64,000 nt of DNA from Acutalibacteraceae bacterium (GCA_045542535.1 JAZQLF010000027.1:14793-78792); one strand, 5' to 3'; positions 10,236 to 20,872 are shown, counted from the stretch's first letter. Notes: a model not told the origin generated them from the sequence alone. Translations and numbers: made by a program.

Positions 10236-10952
10236 ATGCTGGAATTAAAAAACATTTCATTTAATGTGTCGGATGATTTGGGAGAGAAAGAAATTCTCAC
10301 AGACGTTTCTCTCACCCTTGAAGACGGAAAATTTCTTGTAATAACAGGTCCCAATGGTGGCGGTAAATCTACTCTTGCCAAAATTATTATGGGAATTCAG
10401 AAGCCCACCGGGGGTCAGATACTTTGGAACGGTATTGATATTACTGATATGTCCATAACCGAACGCGCAAAATTAGGTATCGGTTACGCATTTCAGCAAC
10501 CGCCCCGTTTCAAAGGTCTTTCCGTGCGCGATCTTTTAAGCCTTGCCCACGGTGAAACTTTACCCGAAGACCAATGCTGCGCATACCTTACCAACGTAGG
10601 ACTTTGCTCAAAGGACTATCTTAACCGTGAGGTTGATGCTTCTCTTTCAGGCGGTGAAATAAAGAGAATTGAAATTGCTACTCTTATGGCAAGAGATTTG
10701 CAGCTTGCAATTTATGACGAGCCTGAAGCAGGTATTGACCTTTGGAGTTTTAATATGCTTGTTGAAAGCTTCAAAGGCATTTCTAAAAAACGCAAGGAAA
10801 GTATGATAATCATTTCCCACCAGGAAAGAATCATGAAAATAGCGGACGAAATTGCAGTTGTGGCTAATGGTGTTGTATCTAAAAAAGGTCCTGCGGAAGA
10901 AATATTCCCCCAGCTTATGTCACAGTTTGACAACACTTGCACATTCAGATAA
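10236..10952 (+). CDS. sufC: SufC-like Fe-S assembly ABC ATPase
   Basis: Walker A GPNGGGKST, LSGGEIKR and IYDEPEAGID. ATG at 10236 follows GGAGA. Confidence 0.7.
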   Translation: MLELKNISFNVSDDLGEKEILTDVSLTLEDGKFLVITGPNGGGKSTLAKIIMGIQKPTGGQILWNGIDITDMSITERAKLGIGYAFQQPPRFKGLSVRDLLSLAHGETLPEDQCCAYLTNVGLCSKDYLNREVDASLSGGEIKRIEIATLMARDLQLAIYDEPEAGIDLWSFNMLVESFKGISKKRKESMIIISHQERIMKIADEIAVVANGVVSKKGPAEEIFPQLMSQFDNTCTFR

Positions 10953-10967
10953 AGGATTAGTAAATTT

Positions 10968-11885
10968 ATGAATAATACAGAAAAAAGAATGCTTGAAGCA
11001 GTTGCTGATTTGCACGAAATTCCTCAGGGTGCTTTCAGTTTAAGGAAAAACGGCGAAAGCGCCGAAAGACGTTCAAGCGCAAATATTATAATTGAACCTA
11101 AAAAAGACAAGCCCGGTATCGATATAACCGTAAAGGCAGGAACAAAGAACGAAAGCGTTCATATTCCCGTAATTATCACCGAGGCAGGCGTTAATGACCT
11201 TGTCTATAACGATTTTTATATCGAAGATGATGCGGACGTTTTAATTGTTGCCGGTTGCGGAATTCATAATTCCGGAGACCATAGCAGTGAACACGATGGT
11301 ATTCACCGTTTCCATATCGGCAAAAATGCACGTATCAAATATGTTGAAAAGCATTACGGCGAGGGTGACGGCAAGGGCGAAAGAATACTTAATCCCACCA
11401 CAGAAATTTTCATGGAAGAAAATTCTTTCTGTGAAATGGAAAGTGTTCAGATTAAAGGTGTTGACTCCACAAAACGAGATACAGTTGCTAAATTAAAAGC
11501 AGGTGCTCGTCTTGTTATACTTGAAAAGCTTATGACTCACGGTAATCAGATTGCCCATTCTGATATGGTTATTGAGCTTAACGGCGAAGGTGCATCTTCC
11601 CAGATTATCTCACGTTCCGTTGCGAAGGATAATTCCGAACAGGTTTTCTATCCCCGCGCAGTAGGTAACGCAGAATGTAAAGCTCACGTTCAGTGCGACT
11701 CCATTATTATGGGCAATGCTCATATCCGTTCAATTCCCGAAATTGCGGCAAATCATTGCGAAGCAAATATTGTTCACGAAGCTGCAATCGGCAGAATCAA
11801 TAACGACCAGCTCTTAAAGCTTCAGACCCTCGGCAAAACAGAGGAAGAAGCGGAAGAGATTATTATTAACTGTTTCTTAAGGTGA
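10968..11885 (+). CDS. SufB/SufD-family protein
   Basis: C-terminal HEAAIGRINNDQLLKLQTLGKTEEEAEEIII, typical of the SufBD beta-helix family. Confidence 0.7.
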   Translation: MNNTEKRMLEAVADLHEIPQGAFSLRKNGESAERRSSANIIIEPKKDKPGIDITVKAGTKNESVHIPVIITEAGVNDLVYNDFYIEDDADVLIVAGCGIHNSGDHSSEHDGIHRFHIGKNARIKYVEKHYGEGDGKGERILNPTTEIFMEENSFCEMESVQIKGVDSTKRDTVAKLKAGARLVILEKLMTHGNQIAHSDMVIELNGEGASSQIISRSVAKDNSEQVFYPRAVGNAECKAHVQCDSIIMGNAHIRSIPEIAANHCEANIVHEAAIGRINNDQLLKLQTLGKTEEEAEEIIINCFLR

Positions 11886-11890
11886 TTAGT

Positions 11891-13357
11891 ATGAAAAGAG
11901 TTCTTGCATTTGACTTCGGCGCATCAAGCGGAAGAGCCATTCTCGGTATTTTTGACGGTGAAAAAATCGAGCTTAAAGAAGTTCATCGTTTTTCTAATGA
12001 CCCCGTTAAAATCAATGGCACTGTTTATTGGGATGTTCAAAGACTTTTCTTTGAAATAAAGCAAGGTATTCTCAAGGCTAAAGAAGAGGGCGGATTTGAC
12101 TCCATCGGTATTGATACCTGGGGTGTTGACTTCGGACTTCTCCGTAAAGACGGCACTTTAGTTGAAAACCCTGTTCATTACCGCGACGCCCGTAACGACG
12201 GTATGGTTGAGAGGGCGCAAAAATATATGTCCAAAGAAAGAATGTACGATATTACGGGAATTCAGTTTATGGATTTCAACACAATTTTCCAGCTTCTTTC
12301 TCTTAAAGAAAACCGTCCGTACATATTAGAAGAGGCAGACACACTTCTGTTTATGCCCGACCTTCTCAACTATATGCTTTCAGGGGTAAAATCTACCGAA
12401 TATTCAATTGCTACCACCTCTCAGATGGTAGATTTGCAATCTAAAGATTGGTCGGATGAAATCCTTGATACTTTTGGTATTGATAAAAATCTCTTAACCT
12501 CTATTGCTCCTACAGGCGCAGTTATAGGCCAACTTTCAGACGAAATCTGCGAGGAGCTTGGCGTTCCCAAGGCAGATATTGTAAGTGTTGCGGCTCACGA
12601 TACTCAAAGCGCTATTACTGCTGCACCTTGCGAATATGACGATTTTGCATTTATCAGCTGCGGAACCTGGTCCTTATTCGGAACAGAGGTTAAAGAGCCT
12701 ATTATAAACGAAGCCTCTAAAAAACTTAATGTTACAAACGAAGGTGGCTACGACTACACAACCGCATTCCTTAAAAATATCTGCGGTCTCTGGCTTATTC
12801 AGGAAAGTCGCCGTCAATGGATTCGCGAGGGTACTGAATATTCTTATGCAGAGCTTGAAAAGCTTGCATTGGAATGCGAACCCTTTAAATGCTTTATTGA
12901 CCCCGATGCTCCCGAATTTGCACCTATGGGAAATCTTCCACGTCGCGTTAAGGAATACTGCGAAAAAACAGGTCAGTATGTTCCTCAGACAGTTGGCGAA
13001 ATTATGCGTTGCATCTATGAAAGTCTTGCGCTCAAATACCGCTATACCTTTGACGGAATCAAAGAATGCACAGGCAAGGATTATGACAGAATTCACGTTA
13101 TGGGCGGCGGAACAAAGGACAAATTGCTTCTTCAGATGACCGCTCAAAGCTGTAATGTAAATGTTTACGGCGGTCCTATTGAAGCTACTGCTTTAGGTAA
13201 TGTTGCTGTTCAGCTTATGTCAACAGGCGCAATTAAAGACATTAAAGAAGCAAGAAAAATAATTGCTAAAGGCGAAAACCTCAAGCTCTACAAGCCTCAG
13301 GACAATGCCCAATGGGAAAAGGCATACGAAGATTTCAAAGCCATTATAAATAAATAA
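11891..13357 (+). CDS. FGGY-family sugar kinase, rhamnulokinase-like
   Basis: N-terminus AFDFGASSGRAILG...EVHRFSN...WD is typical of RhaB. ATG at 11891 follows AAGGTGA. Confidence 0.75.
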   Translation: MKRVLAFDFGASSGRAILGIFDGEKIELKEVHRFSNDPVKINGTVYWDVQRLFFEIKQGILKAKEEGGFDSIGIDTWGVDFGLLRKDGTLVENPVHYRDARNDGMVERAQKYMSKERMYDITGIQFMDFNTIFQLLSLKENRPYILEEADTLLFMPDLLNYMLSGVKSTEYSIATTSQMVDLQSKDWSDEILDTFGIDKNLLTSIAPTGAVIGQLSDEICEELGVPKADIVSVAAHDTQSAITAAPCEYDDFAFISCGTWSLFGTEVKEPIINEASKKLNVTNEGGYDYTTAFLKNICGLWLIQESRRQWIREGTEYSYAELEKLALECEPFKCFIDPDAPEFAPMGNLPRRVKEYCEKTGQYVPQTVGEIMRCIYESLALKYRYTFDGIKECTGKDYDRIHVMGGGTKDKLLLQMTAQSCNVNVYGGPIEATALGNVAVQLMSTGAIKDIKEARKIIAKGENLKLYKPQDNAQWEKAYEDFKAIINK

Positions 13358-13373
13358 TTTGGGAGTCTTATAT

Positions 13374-14588
13374 ATGACTGCTTCACCAAATTTGGAATCA
13401 AAAAATGTTGAATATGTTCTTGATACGGCAGAGCTTGTTCTCAACTCTTCAAGAGAGCGAAGAGCAGGTTCTTCCGGCGAAGAACAGGTGCAACATATTT
13501 TTATGAATGAACTTAAAAAGTTCTGTGACGAAACTCATCAGGAGCAATTCAAAACTCATCCCGGAGCGGGTACATTAGCTGAAAAGCTACTGTGCGCGCT
13601 TTTGGTTATTTGCGTAATTCTTTTTTCGGATGCGGTTAATACCGGTTCTGTCCTTAAATCTGCTCTTTCCCTTTTAATGAGTTTGGTTATATTCTGCATT
13701 TTTTCTTACAAATTCATATTTGACGGAAAAAAGTTGGATTTCATTACCCCGACAAAATTCAGCAAAAACCTTTTAGGCGTTAGATACAGTCGGGGAGAAA
13801 CCCTCAGAAGAGTTGTTCTCGTTGCCCGTTCAGATGCTCCCCAAAGTATGCGCGCACATCTTTTCGGAAACCGTTCTCCTTTTATTTTGAGTATGTGCTC
13901 TCTTATAGGAAACACCGTGCTTTTTTGCAGCGGTCTTTTATTCTTGTTTTTAGGCGCTCCGGAAAAATCTCCGTTATTCTACTTTTTGACGATTATCTGT
14001 ATCGGATTTGTACCATTCTATATAATATCGGCTTTTCTTATAAACAACAGAAAAGTCGCTTCGGGTATAAGTTCAAGTATCATCCCCTCTTCCATACTCT
14101 TAAGCATTATTAAACAACTGCACGACAATTCTTTCAGATATGAAAAAACGGAAATTTGTTGCCTTATTGTAGGTAGTGAATATTCTTCCCGGTCTGGTTC
14201 TTATCATTTCGCAAAAAAACACAAGCGACTTTATACAGATGTTCCTACAGTATTCATACCCATTGAGGAAATAACCACTTCCAGAAAGCTCTCGGTATTT
14301 TTCAAGGACGGAAGCGGTACAAAAGGTAGCTCGGAAGTTGCTTCTGTTATAGGCGAAGCGGCTGAAAACTTAAATATCGAAATAAAAAAGGAAACCTCTC
14401 TTTTGGGAACAAGCTCTTACACCCCGTTCTCAAAAAATGATTTCCCCGCTTGTTCTTTAGGAACATCAAAAAAACATATTTCAAAAACAATTTCCGCAAA
14501 CTCTGACAAATTACAAACTGTCAGCAGAAAAGCAATTGCAGACGTTGGCGGACTTATTATAGAAACATTAAACTACTATGACGGATGA
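13374..14588 (+). CDS. Polytopic membrane protein, possibly a degenerate M28-peptidase-like protein
   Basis: RRAGSSGEEQ is M28-like, but the expected His-Asp metal-ligand position reads VLVARSDAP. Several hydrophobic helices sit in the middle. GGGAG RBS. Confidence 0.5.
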   Translation: MTASPNLESKNVEYVLDTAELVLNSSRERRAGSSGEEQVQHIFMNELKKFCDETHQEQFKTHPGAGTLAEKLLCALLVICVILFSDAVNTGSVLKSALSLLMSLVIFCIFSYKFIFDGKKLDFITPTKFSKNLLGVRYSRGETLRRVVLVARSDAPQSMRAHLFGNRSPFILSMCSLIGNTVLFCSGLLFLFLGAPEKSPLFYFLTIICIGFVPFYIISAFLINNRKVASGISSSIIPSSILLSIIKQLHDNSFRYEKTEICCLIVGSEYSSRSGSYHFAKKHKRLYTDVPTVFIPIEEITTSRKLSVFFKDGSGTKGSSEVASVIGEAAENLNIEIKKETSLLGTSSYTPFSKNDFPACSLGTSKKHISKTISANSDKLQTVSRKAIADVGGLIIETLNYYDG

Positions 14589-14597
14589 GGTGCTATT

Positions 14598-15548
14598 ATG
14601 GCAAAAATTTTGAATTCAACTGTAAAAAACATTCCCTGGCAGGACAAACCCCAAAATTGCACAGACCCTGTTTGGAGATACACAGAAAACCCCATTATTG
14701 ACCGTTCTTTTGTGAAAGAAGCAAACAGTATTTTTAACTCTGCAGTTGTTCCCTACGGCAACGGCTTTGCAGGTGTTTTCCGTATGGACGACATTACCCG
14801 CGAACAATATCTTGTTACAGGCTTCAGCGATGACGGTATTCATTGGAATTTAAACGATGAAAAAATCTTCCGCGGTTATGACCCTCGTCTTTGCGAAATT
14901 GACGGCAAATACTATCTCTCCTGGGTTTGCCACACAGACAGAGGTACTTCCATCGGTATTGCCGCAACAACTGATTTTGAATCCTGGGAAAGATATGAAA
15001 ACGCCGTTCTTCCCGTTTCAAGAAATGGTGTTCTTTTCCCCAGAAAAGTTAACGGCGAATATATGATTTTCACTCGTCCTTGTGACAAAGGTCACACACC
15101 TTATGGTGATATATTCTTAAGCCACAGTCCCGACCTTACCTATTGGGGTAAACATCGCTTTGTTATCAAACCCGAACAGAATTGGGAAATGACAAAGGTT
15201 GGCGCAGGTCCTACACCCATTGAAACAGATGAAGGTTGGCTTTGCTTCTATCACGGCGTTATTACAAGCTGTAATGGTTTTTCATACAGTATGGGCGCAA
15301 TGATTACAGATATCAACGAGCCCTGGAAAGTGCTCCACAGAGCAGACTCTTATCTCCTCTCCCCTCGCGAGACCTATGAATTTGTTGGGGATGTTCCCAA
15401 TGTTGTTTTCCCCTGCGCAGCTCTTGCTGACGCTGAAAGCGGCAAAATTGCTATTTACTACGGCGGTGCAGATACTGTTGTAGGCCTTGCATTTACAACA
15501 GTTGATGAAACAATCAAATTTATCAAGGAACACGATTTAATTAAATAA
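14598..15548 (+). CDS. Glycoside hydrolase family 130 protein (beta-mannoside phosphorylase-like)
   Basis: Short-form GH130 pattern, 316 aa: NPIIDR, FNSAVVP, GYDPRL, GAGPTPIETDEGWL, YYGGADT. Confidence 0.75.
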   Translation: MAKILNSTVKNIPWQDKPQNCTDPVWRYTENPIIDRSFVKEANSIFNSAVVPYGNGFAGVFRMDDITREQYLVTGFSDDGIHWNLNDEKIFRGYDPRLCEIDGKYYLSWVCHTDRGTSIGIAATTDFESWERYENAVLPVSRNGVLFPRKVNGEYMIFTRPCDKGHTPYGDIFLSHSPDLTYWGKHRFVIKPEQNWEMTKVGAGPTPIETDEGWLCFYHGVITSCNGFSYSMGAMITDINEPWKVLHRADSYLLSPRETYEFVGDVPNVVFPCAALADAESGKIAIYYGGADTVVGLAFTTVDETIKFIKEHDLIK

Positions 15549-15549
15549 A

Positions 15550-16938
15550 ATGTCTATTTTCAAAAAATTTGTCGGGGACAAGGCTTTTTACAAAATGACT
15601 CTTACAGTTGCAGTCCCCATTATGATTCAAAATTTCATAACAAACTTTGTCAGTATGCTTGACAATTTGATGGTTGGTTCTCTCGGCACCGAACAGATGT
15701 CGGGAGTTTCAATTGTCAACCAATTACTTTTTATATTCAATCTTGCTATTTTCGGTGCATTAAGCGGTGCAGGAATTTTCACTGCACAGTTTTACGGAAA
15801 AAATGATAACGACGGTATAAGATATACACTGCGTTATAAACTGATAGCTTCAGTTTTACTTTTGGCGGTGGCAATGGTTATTTTCATTGTTTTAGACGAT
15901 ACTCTGATAAATCTTTATCTCCATGAAAGTGATGGCTCAGGCGATATTGCACTTACTTTAAGCTATGCTAAAAAATATCTGAAAGTTATTCTTTGGGGGC
16001 TTGTTCCTTTTTGTATCACACAGATTTTTTCAAGCACTCTCCGTGAAACAGGTGAAACTGTTGCGCCAATGGTTGCAGGCTTCATTGCCGTCTTAACAAA
16101 CTGCGCTTTTAACTGGGTGCTGATTTTCGGTAAATTAGGCTTCCCTCCTTTAGGTGTTGTGGGTGCAGCAACTGCTACGGTTATCTCACGCTATGTTGAA
16201 TGCGTGGTAATTATCATCTACATTATCAAAAAGAAACATCGTTTCCCCTACTTTAAGGGAGCTTTCAGAAGCTTTTCAATACCCCAAAAGGTGTTTAAAG
16301 ACATTACATTTAAAGGTATGCCATTGTTGTTCAATGAATTCTTCTGGTCCTTGGGAATGTCACTTTTAAGCATGGCGTACAGTCTTTACGGTATTTCTGT
16401 TGTGGCAGGTTACAGTATTTCTTCAACAGTTATGAACCTTGCAAGTATTGCTTTCATTTCTTTAGGAAACAGTATCGGCATCATAATCGGCAAACAGCTG
16501 GGAGCAAATAAATTCAAAGAGGCCGTTGACACAGACCGCAAGTTAATTGCCTTCTCCGCCTTTTTAAGCGCAGTTATTGGTGTTGTAGTCTTCCTTGTGG
16601 GTGACAAAATCCCTCTGCTTTATAACACCACCGAGGAGTCAAAAGAACTGGCCGGTTATTTCATTCGGGTTTGCGCTATGTTTATTCCTGTTCATGCCTT
16701 TGCAAACGCTACCTATTTCACCATAAGAAGCGGTGGTAAAACTCTTGTCACCTTCCTTATGGACAGCGTATTTATAATGTGCGTAAGCGTTCCCATCGCC
16801 TTTTCACTTTATTATGTATTCAAACTTCCTATCTGGTACACATTCCCAATTGTCCAATGTATCGATATTATCAAAGTTATAATCGGTATCATTCTTGTGA
16901 AAAAGAAAGTTTGGTTGAATAATATAGTAGCAAATTGA
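15550..16938 (+). CDS. MATE-family efflux transporter
   Basis: 12-TM protein with an N-terminal P.MIQNF....V.M.D..MVG pattern. Confidence 0.85.
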   Translation: MSIFKKFVGDKAFYKMTLTVAVPIMIQNFITNFVSMLDNLMVGSLGTEQMSGVSIVNQLLFIFNLAIFGALSGAGIFTAQFYGKNDNDGIRYTLRYKLIASVLLLAVAMVIFIVLDDTLINLYLHESDGSGDIALTLSYAKKYLKVILWGLVPFCITQIFSSTLRETGETVAPMVAGFIAVLTNCAFNWVLIFGKLGFPPLGVVGAATATVISRYVECVVIIIYIIKKKHRFPYFKGAFRSFSIPQKVFKDITFKGMPLLFNEFFWSLGMSLLSMAYSLYGISVVAGYSISSTVMNLASIAFISLGNSIGIIIGKQLGANKFKEAVDTDRKLIAFSAFLSAVIGVVVFLVGDKIPLLYNTTEESKELAGYFIRVCAMFIPVHAFANATYFTIRSGGKTLVTFLMDSVFIMCVSVPIAFSLYYVFKLPIWYTFPIVQCIDIIKVIIGIILVKKKVWLNNIVAN

Positions 16939-16950
16939 TTATAAAAACTG

Positions 16951-16990
16951 AAAACCACCCTTGAATCCAAAAGATTCAAGGGTGGTTTAA
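16951..16990. terminator. Bidirectional terminator (MATE / hup)
   Basis: AAACCACCCTTGAATC / GATTCAAGGGTGGTTT, a 16-bp stem. Confidence 0.8.
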
Positions 16991-17007
16991 CAATTGTAAA
17001 AATTATC

Positions 17008-17277
17008 TTATTTTACGGCATCCTTAAGAGCTGCGCCTGCTTTGAAAGCGGGAACTTTAGAAGCAGCGATTGTGATCTTTTCGCCTGTTTTGGGGTTGCG
17101 GCCTTCTTTAGCTGCTCTTTCGCGAACTTCGAATGTACCGAAGCCGATAAGCTGAACTTTGTCACCTTTCTTGAGAGCATCTTCGATTGCACCGAAAACT
17201 GCTGCTACCGCTTTGTCTGCATCTTTCTTTGTGAAACCTGCAGCTGCAACTGCATTTACGAGATCTGTCTTATTCAT
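17008..17277 (-). CDS. hup: DNA-binding protein HU
   Basis: [11 protein letters not shown]...[25 protein letters not shown] at 17277 has a GGAGGA RBS. Confidence 0.95.
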   Translation of the reverse strand: MNKTDLVNAVAAAGFTKKDADKAVAAVFGAIEDALKKGDKVQLIGFGTFEVRERAAKEGRNPKTGEKITIAASKVPAFKAGAALKDAVK

Positions 17278-17342
17278 TTTAAAATCCTCCAAAAATAAAT
17301 TTTTGTATTTCCAAACCTTTTTACAGGTTCAATTTGGACAAA

Positions 17343-18143
17343 TTAATTTTGCTTTTTGGCTTCGTCCCAAAGCTCATCAAGAACCTCTATGGAAGCCACT
17401 TTCATATCAATACCTTTTTCTGCCGCAAGCTTTTCAGTAACAGTGAAACGCTTCATAAACTTCTGCGTTGCTTTTTCAAGGGCAGTTTCTGCATCACAGC
17501 CACAGAAACGAGCGGTATTAACTACCGAGAAGAAAAGGTCGCCTAATTCATCTTCAATTTTCTCTTTATCGCCTGTTGCAAGAACCTCTTGAAGCTCCTT
17601 GCTCTCTTCAGCAATTTTATCAAAAGCACCTTGAGAATCGCGCCAGTCGAAACCTGCTTTTTTAGCTTTTTCCTGAACCTTCTGGGCTTTCATAAGAGCA
17701 GGGTAAGTGGCAGGGATTGCCGCCATTGCTTCGCTCTGTGTTTTTTGCTTTTTGGTCTGACGTTTTATATCATCCCAATTTTTAAGAACCTCACCGGTGG
17801 AGTTTACGGAAATATCACCGAAAACGTGGGGGTGTCTTACAATAAGCTTCTGACAGATATCATTGGCAACATCGTCAATAGTAAACCAACCGTCTGTCCG
17901 AGCCATATCGGAATGCATAAGCACCTGCAAAAGCACATCGCCTAATTCTTCTTGCATAAGCTCTTTGTTGTTTGTATCTATTGCCTCAATGACTTCATAA
18001 GTCTCTTCGAGAAAATTCTCTCGGATAGACTGATGAGTCTGCTCCATATCCCAAGGACAACCGCCGGGTTCACGAAGAATTCTCACTATTTCAACAAGGT
18101 CATTGAACTGATATCTATCTTTAAACGTAAAACTAACTGCCAT
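17343..18143 (-). CDS. mazG: Nucleoside triphosphate pyrophosphohydrolase MazG
   Basis: Tandem MazG domains: EETYEVIEAI/ELGDVLLQ and ELGDLFFSVVN. Confidence 0.9.
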   Translation of the reverse strand: MAVSFTFKDRYQFNDLVEIVRILREPGGCPWDMEQTHQSIRENFLEETYEVIEAIDTNNKELMQEELGDVLLQVLMHSDMARTDGWFTIDDVANDICQKLIVRHPHVFGDISVNSTGEVLKNWDDIKRQTKKQKTQSEAMAAIPATYPALMKAQKVQEKAKKAGFDWRDSQGAFDKIAEESKELQEVLATGDKEKIEDELGDLFFSVVNTARFCGCDAETALEKATQKFMKRFTVTEKLAAEKGIDMKVASIEVLDELWDEAKKQN

Positions 18144-18160
18144 AATTTACATCCTCTATT

Positions 18161-19942
18161 TTAACCTATAAGCTTATATTTTTCAAGTATTTTTGCCAAT
18201 TTTTCTCCTTTTGGAAGCATTAAAATGTCATCTTTTACCAAAGTTTTCATTAAAAGCACGGAAATTGCATACACAAGCACCGCAACACCGATAGAAATCA
18301 AGCAAGAAAGGGATTGACCGTTAAGTCTGCTGCTCATATCACCGAATGTGAGAACCTTACATAAAACCACATAAGAGCCGTATGCCGCGCCGCCGCAGAG
18401 CACCGCTGCAATAAGCGGTTTTACAATAACTGTCTTAATATCAATTCTTACGCCCGTTTCTTTTCTCAATACTGCATAGTTATAGAAAATGCAGAGAAGA
18501 TAGAAGAATGCTGTACCGAAAACCGCACCTTTAACATTGATTTCGGGAATTCCAATAAGAATGTAGTTAAGACCGATTTTGAAAACACAACCGAGAGCAA
18601 GAGCTTTTGCAGGAACATCTGCTCTGCCGATTGCCTGGAGAATATTGGTCAAAGGTGATGAAAGGGTGAGAATTGCCATCATAAGACCGTAAAGACCTAA
18701 AACAGGAGCAGCAATAGCAATACCTGCTTCGTTTTCCGTTCCCTTATAAAGCAAATTCATAATGGGCTCTGAAAGGGCGAAGAAGCCTGCACCTGCAGGA
18801 AGAGCAATAAGCATTGTGATTCTGAAAACAGTATTAACTGTTCCGTTAACTGTTTTAAAATCCTTCTTTGCAACTGCAGCAGAGATAATGGGGATTGCGC
18901 TTACACCCAAGGTCATCATAACCGTAGGAACAAGGTTTCTGAAGTCGAGAGTTGTGTCATAAGCACCATAAAGGAAAGTATGAATATTTTCCTTTGCAAT
19001 GTTCGCTGAATTTATAGATGCGCCGTAAATGCCCATTATAGTATCGTAATTGTTTGCAACAACACTTTCCAAGCGGCTCTGAATCATAAATGTGTCAATA
19101 AAGTTTGTAATATTAAGCACCAACGAGCTTGCCGCAGTAGGAACTGCAATAGCAACAATTTCTTTTATAGTAGTTTTTCTGGGAGAAGCAAGAGGGGAAT
19201 TAATAAGCTTTTCCTTGCTTATTCCGTCTTTTCTTATTTTATGGCGCAAAATAGTATATATAGCACCGAAAACAGTACCCAGAGTAACACCTAAAATCGC
19301 ACCTGCCGCCGCAAGAGCGTAAGCAATTGCGCCATCTGCTTCAGTTTCTACTTTATAACCGAAAACAGAGCCTGTAAGTGCAATCTGCTGATTAGCGTAA
19401 TCTAACATTGCATAGGAGAAAACAAGACCGAAAACCAATTTTCCCAAAGATTCAATAACCTGGGAAATTGCCGTCGGGTACATATTACTCAAGCCCTCAT
19501 AATAGCCACGATATGTACTCATAATGCAACAGAAAAGAATCGAGGGTGCAATAGCAAAAACGCTGTAAATTGCAAGAGGTGAGCCTACAGAGTCAACGTA
19601 TGGCTTTGCCGCAAGCATAAGTGCCGCTGTGCCCACAAGGCCTAATCCCAGGAAAAGAGGGAAAGTAAGCTTTAAAACCTGTTTTACGTCACGGTATTTT
19701 CCCAAAGCGGCGTTTCTTGAAACGATTGTTGAAACCGCAACGGGAAGACCTGCCATTGAAATAGCATAAACGGGAGTATAGATATTATAAGCAGAAGCAA
19801 AATAGCCCCTACCCAAAGAGCCGATTATACTTGTAAGAGGAATTTTATAAACCGCGCCTATAATTTTCACAAGAGCAGTTGCTACAACAAGCACCATTGC
19901 TCCGTTTAAAACATTTTGCTTTTTTACTGATTTATCGGACAT
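18161..19942 (-). CDS. MOP-superfamily flippase (MurJ/SpoVB/YabM-like polysaccharide biosynthesis protein)
   Basis: ~14-TM protein of 593 aa. It lies directly upstream of mazG, as yabM-yabN does in Bacillus. Confidence 0.75.
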   Translation of the reverse strand: MSDKSVKKQNVLNGAMVLVVATALVKIIGAVYKIPLTSIIGSLGRGYFASAYNIYTPVYAISMAGLPVAVSTIVSRNAALGKYRDVKQVLKLTFPLFLGLGLVGTAALMLAAKPYVDSVGSPLAIYSVFAIAPSILFCCIMSTYRGYYEGLSNMYPTAISQVIESLGKLVFGLVFSYAMLDYANQQIALTGSVFGYKVETEADGAIAYALAAAGAILGVTLGTVFGAIYTILRHKIRKDGISKEKLINSPLASPRKTTIKEIVAIAVPTAASSLVLNITNFIDTFMIQSRLESVVANNYDTIMGIYGASINSANIAKENIHTFLYGAYDTTLDFRNLVPTVMMTLGVSAIPIISAAVAKKDFKTVNGTVNTVFRITMLIALPAGAGFFALSEPIMNLLYKGTENEAGIAIAAPVLGLYGLMMAILTLSSPLTNILQAIGRADVPAKALALGCVFKIGLNYILIGIPEINVKGAVFGTAFFYLLCIFYNYAVLRKETGVRIDIKTVIVKPLIAAVLCGGAAYGSYVVLCKVLTFGDMSSRLNGQSLSCLISIGVAVLVYAISVLLMKTLVKDDILMLPKGEKLAKILEKYKLIG

Positions 19943-19945
19943 TTC

Positions 19946-20872
19946 TTACTCCTTTCCAATGAATTCTCTTAAAAGAGAATCTTCGGGTACATATGACGAA
20001 TCAATTTTCGGGAATTTATATAAAGAACGAATAAGTCGTTGAGATTCCTTATAAAACTCCGAATCCTTGCTTACCTGCATCAACAAATCTGCCGCCAAAT
20101 CTTTTAAAACGCAAGTTTCATAAAGATGAATAGTGTTAATTTTTATATCTGCATTGTCTTTAAAGGGAAAAAGATAAGCATCTTCACCGTAACGAACGGT
20201 AATCCACATTTTAAAGGTTTCTTCAACAGAATTTCCTCTGAATTTATAATCTCTCACCATACGGCGGATGAATCTTATATTACGTTTATTGAGAACAATA
20301 TTCTGCTTTTTATCATAAATTCTTGAAGAAACGCTGATATATATTTTTAAAAGTCTGTCTTTGGGAAGATGCTCAGTTATTACGGGATTAAGAGCGTGAA
20401 GCCCCTCAACAATAATAACATCGTTCTTGCCAAGTTTCAGTTCATTATATTTTTCTTTACGTCTGCCCGTCAAGAAATCAAACTCGGGCATTAAAGCACA
20501 ACCCGTATCAATCAGAGTTGCCATAGTTTTTTCAAAGCAAGGTATATCTAAGGCTTCTACCGTTTCATAATCGGGTGTGCCATCAGGGAACCTGGGTGAA
20601 TCGCAATTATTAAGATAAAAATCATCAAGTGAAACTGTATGGCTTTTTACACCTAAATCGGAAAGTGCCTGACAAAGCTTTTTGGCAGTTGTGGTTTTGC
20701 CTGATGAACTGGGTCCTGCAAGCATTACAATTTCCGTTTTTTCGCTTTTGGCAATATCGTTTGCTATTTTATTTATTTTGTTATTATATTTTTCTTCGCA
20801 TTGCAAAACGAAGCTTTCGGGATTAACCACGTTTTCAACAATATATTCAAGTGTGTTATTTACGTTAGCCAT
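19946..20872 (-). CDS. Uridine kinase/phosphoribulokinase-family P-loop kinase
   Basis: P-loop LAGPSSSGKTTTAKKL, then VIIVEGLHALN. Confidence 0.6.
   Translation of the reverse strand: MANVNNTLEYIVENVVNPESFVLQCEEKYNNKINKIANDIAKSEKTEIVMLAGPSSSGKTTTAKKLCQALSDLGVKSHTVSLDDFYLNNCDSPRFPDGTPDYETVEALDIPCFEKTMATLIDTGCALMPEFDFLTGRRKEKYNELKLGKNDVIIVEGLHALNPVITEHLPKDRLLKIYISVSSRIYDKKQNIVLNKRNIRFIRRMVRDYKFRGNSVEETFKMWITVRYGEDAYLFPFKDNADIKINTIHLYETCVLKDLAADLLMQVSKDSEFYKESQRLIRSLYKFPKIDSSYVPEDSLLREFIGKE

Noticed and set aside
18161-19942. The MOP-family flippase as the missing Wzx of the glycan locus.
   Set aside because: It lies more than 16 kb from the locus, in the conserved flippase-mazG-hup housekeeping arrangement (yabM-yabN-like). 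A MurJ/SpoVB-type role is therefore more likely. A moonlighting role cannot be excluded without experiments.
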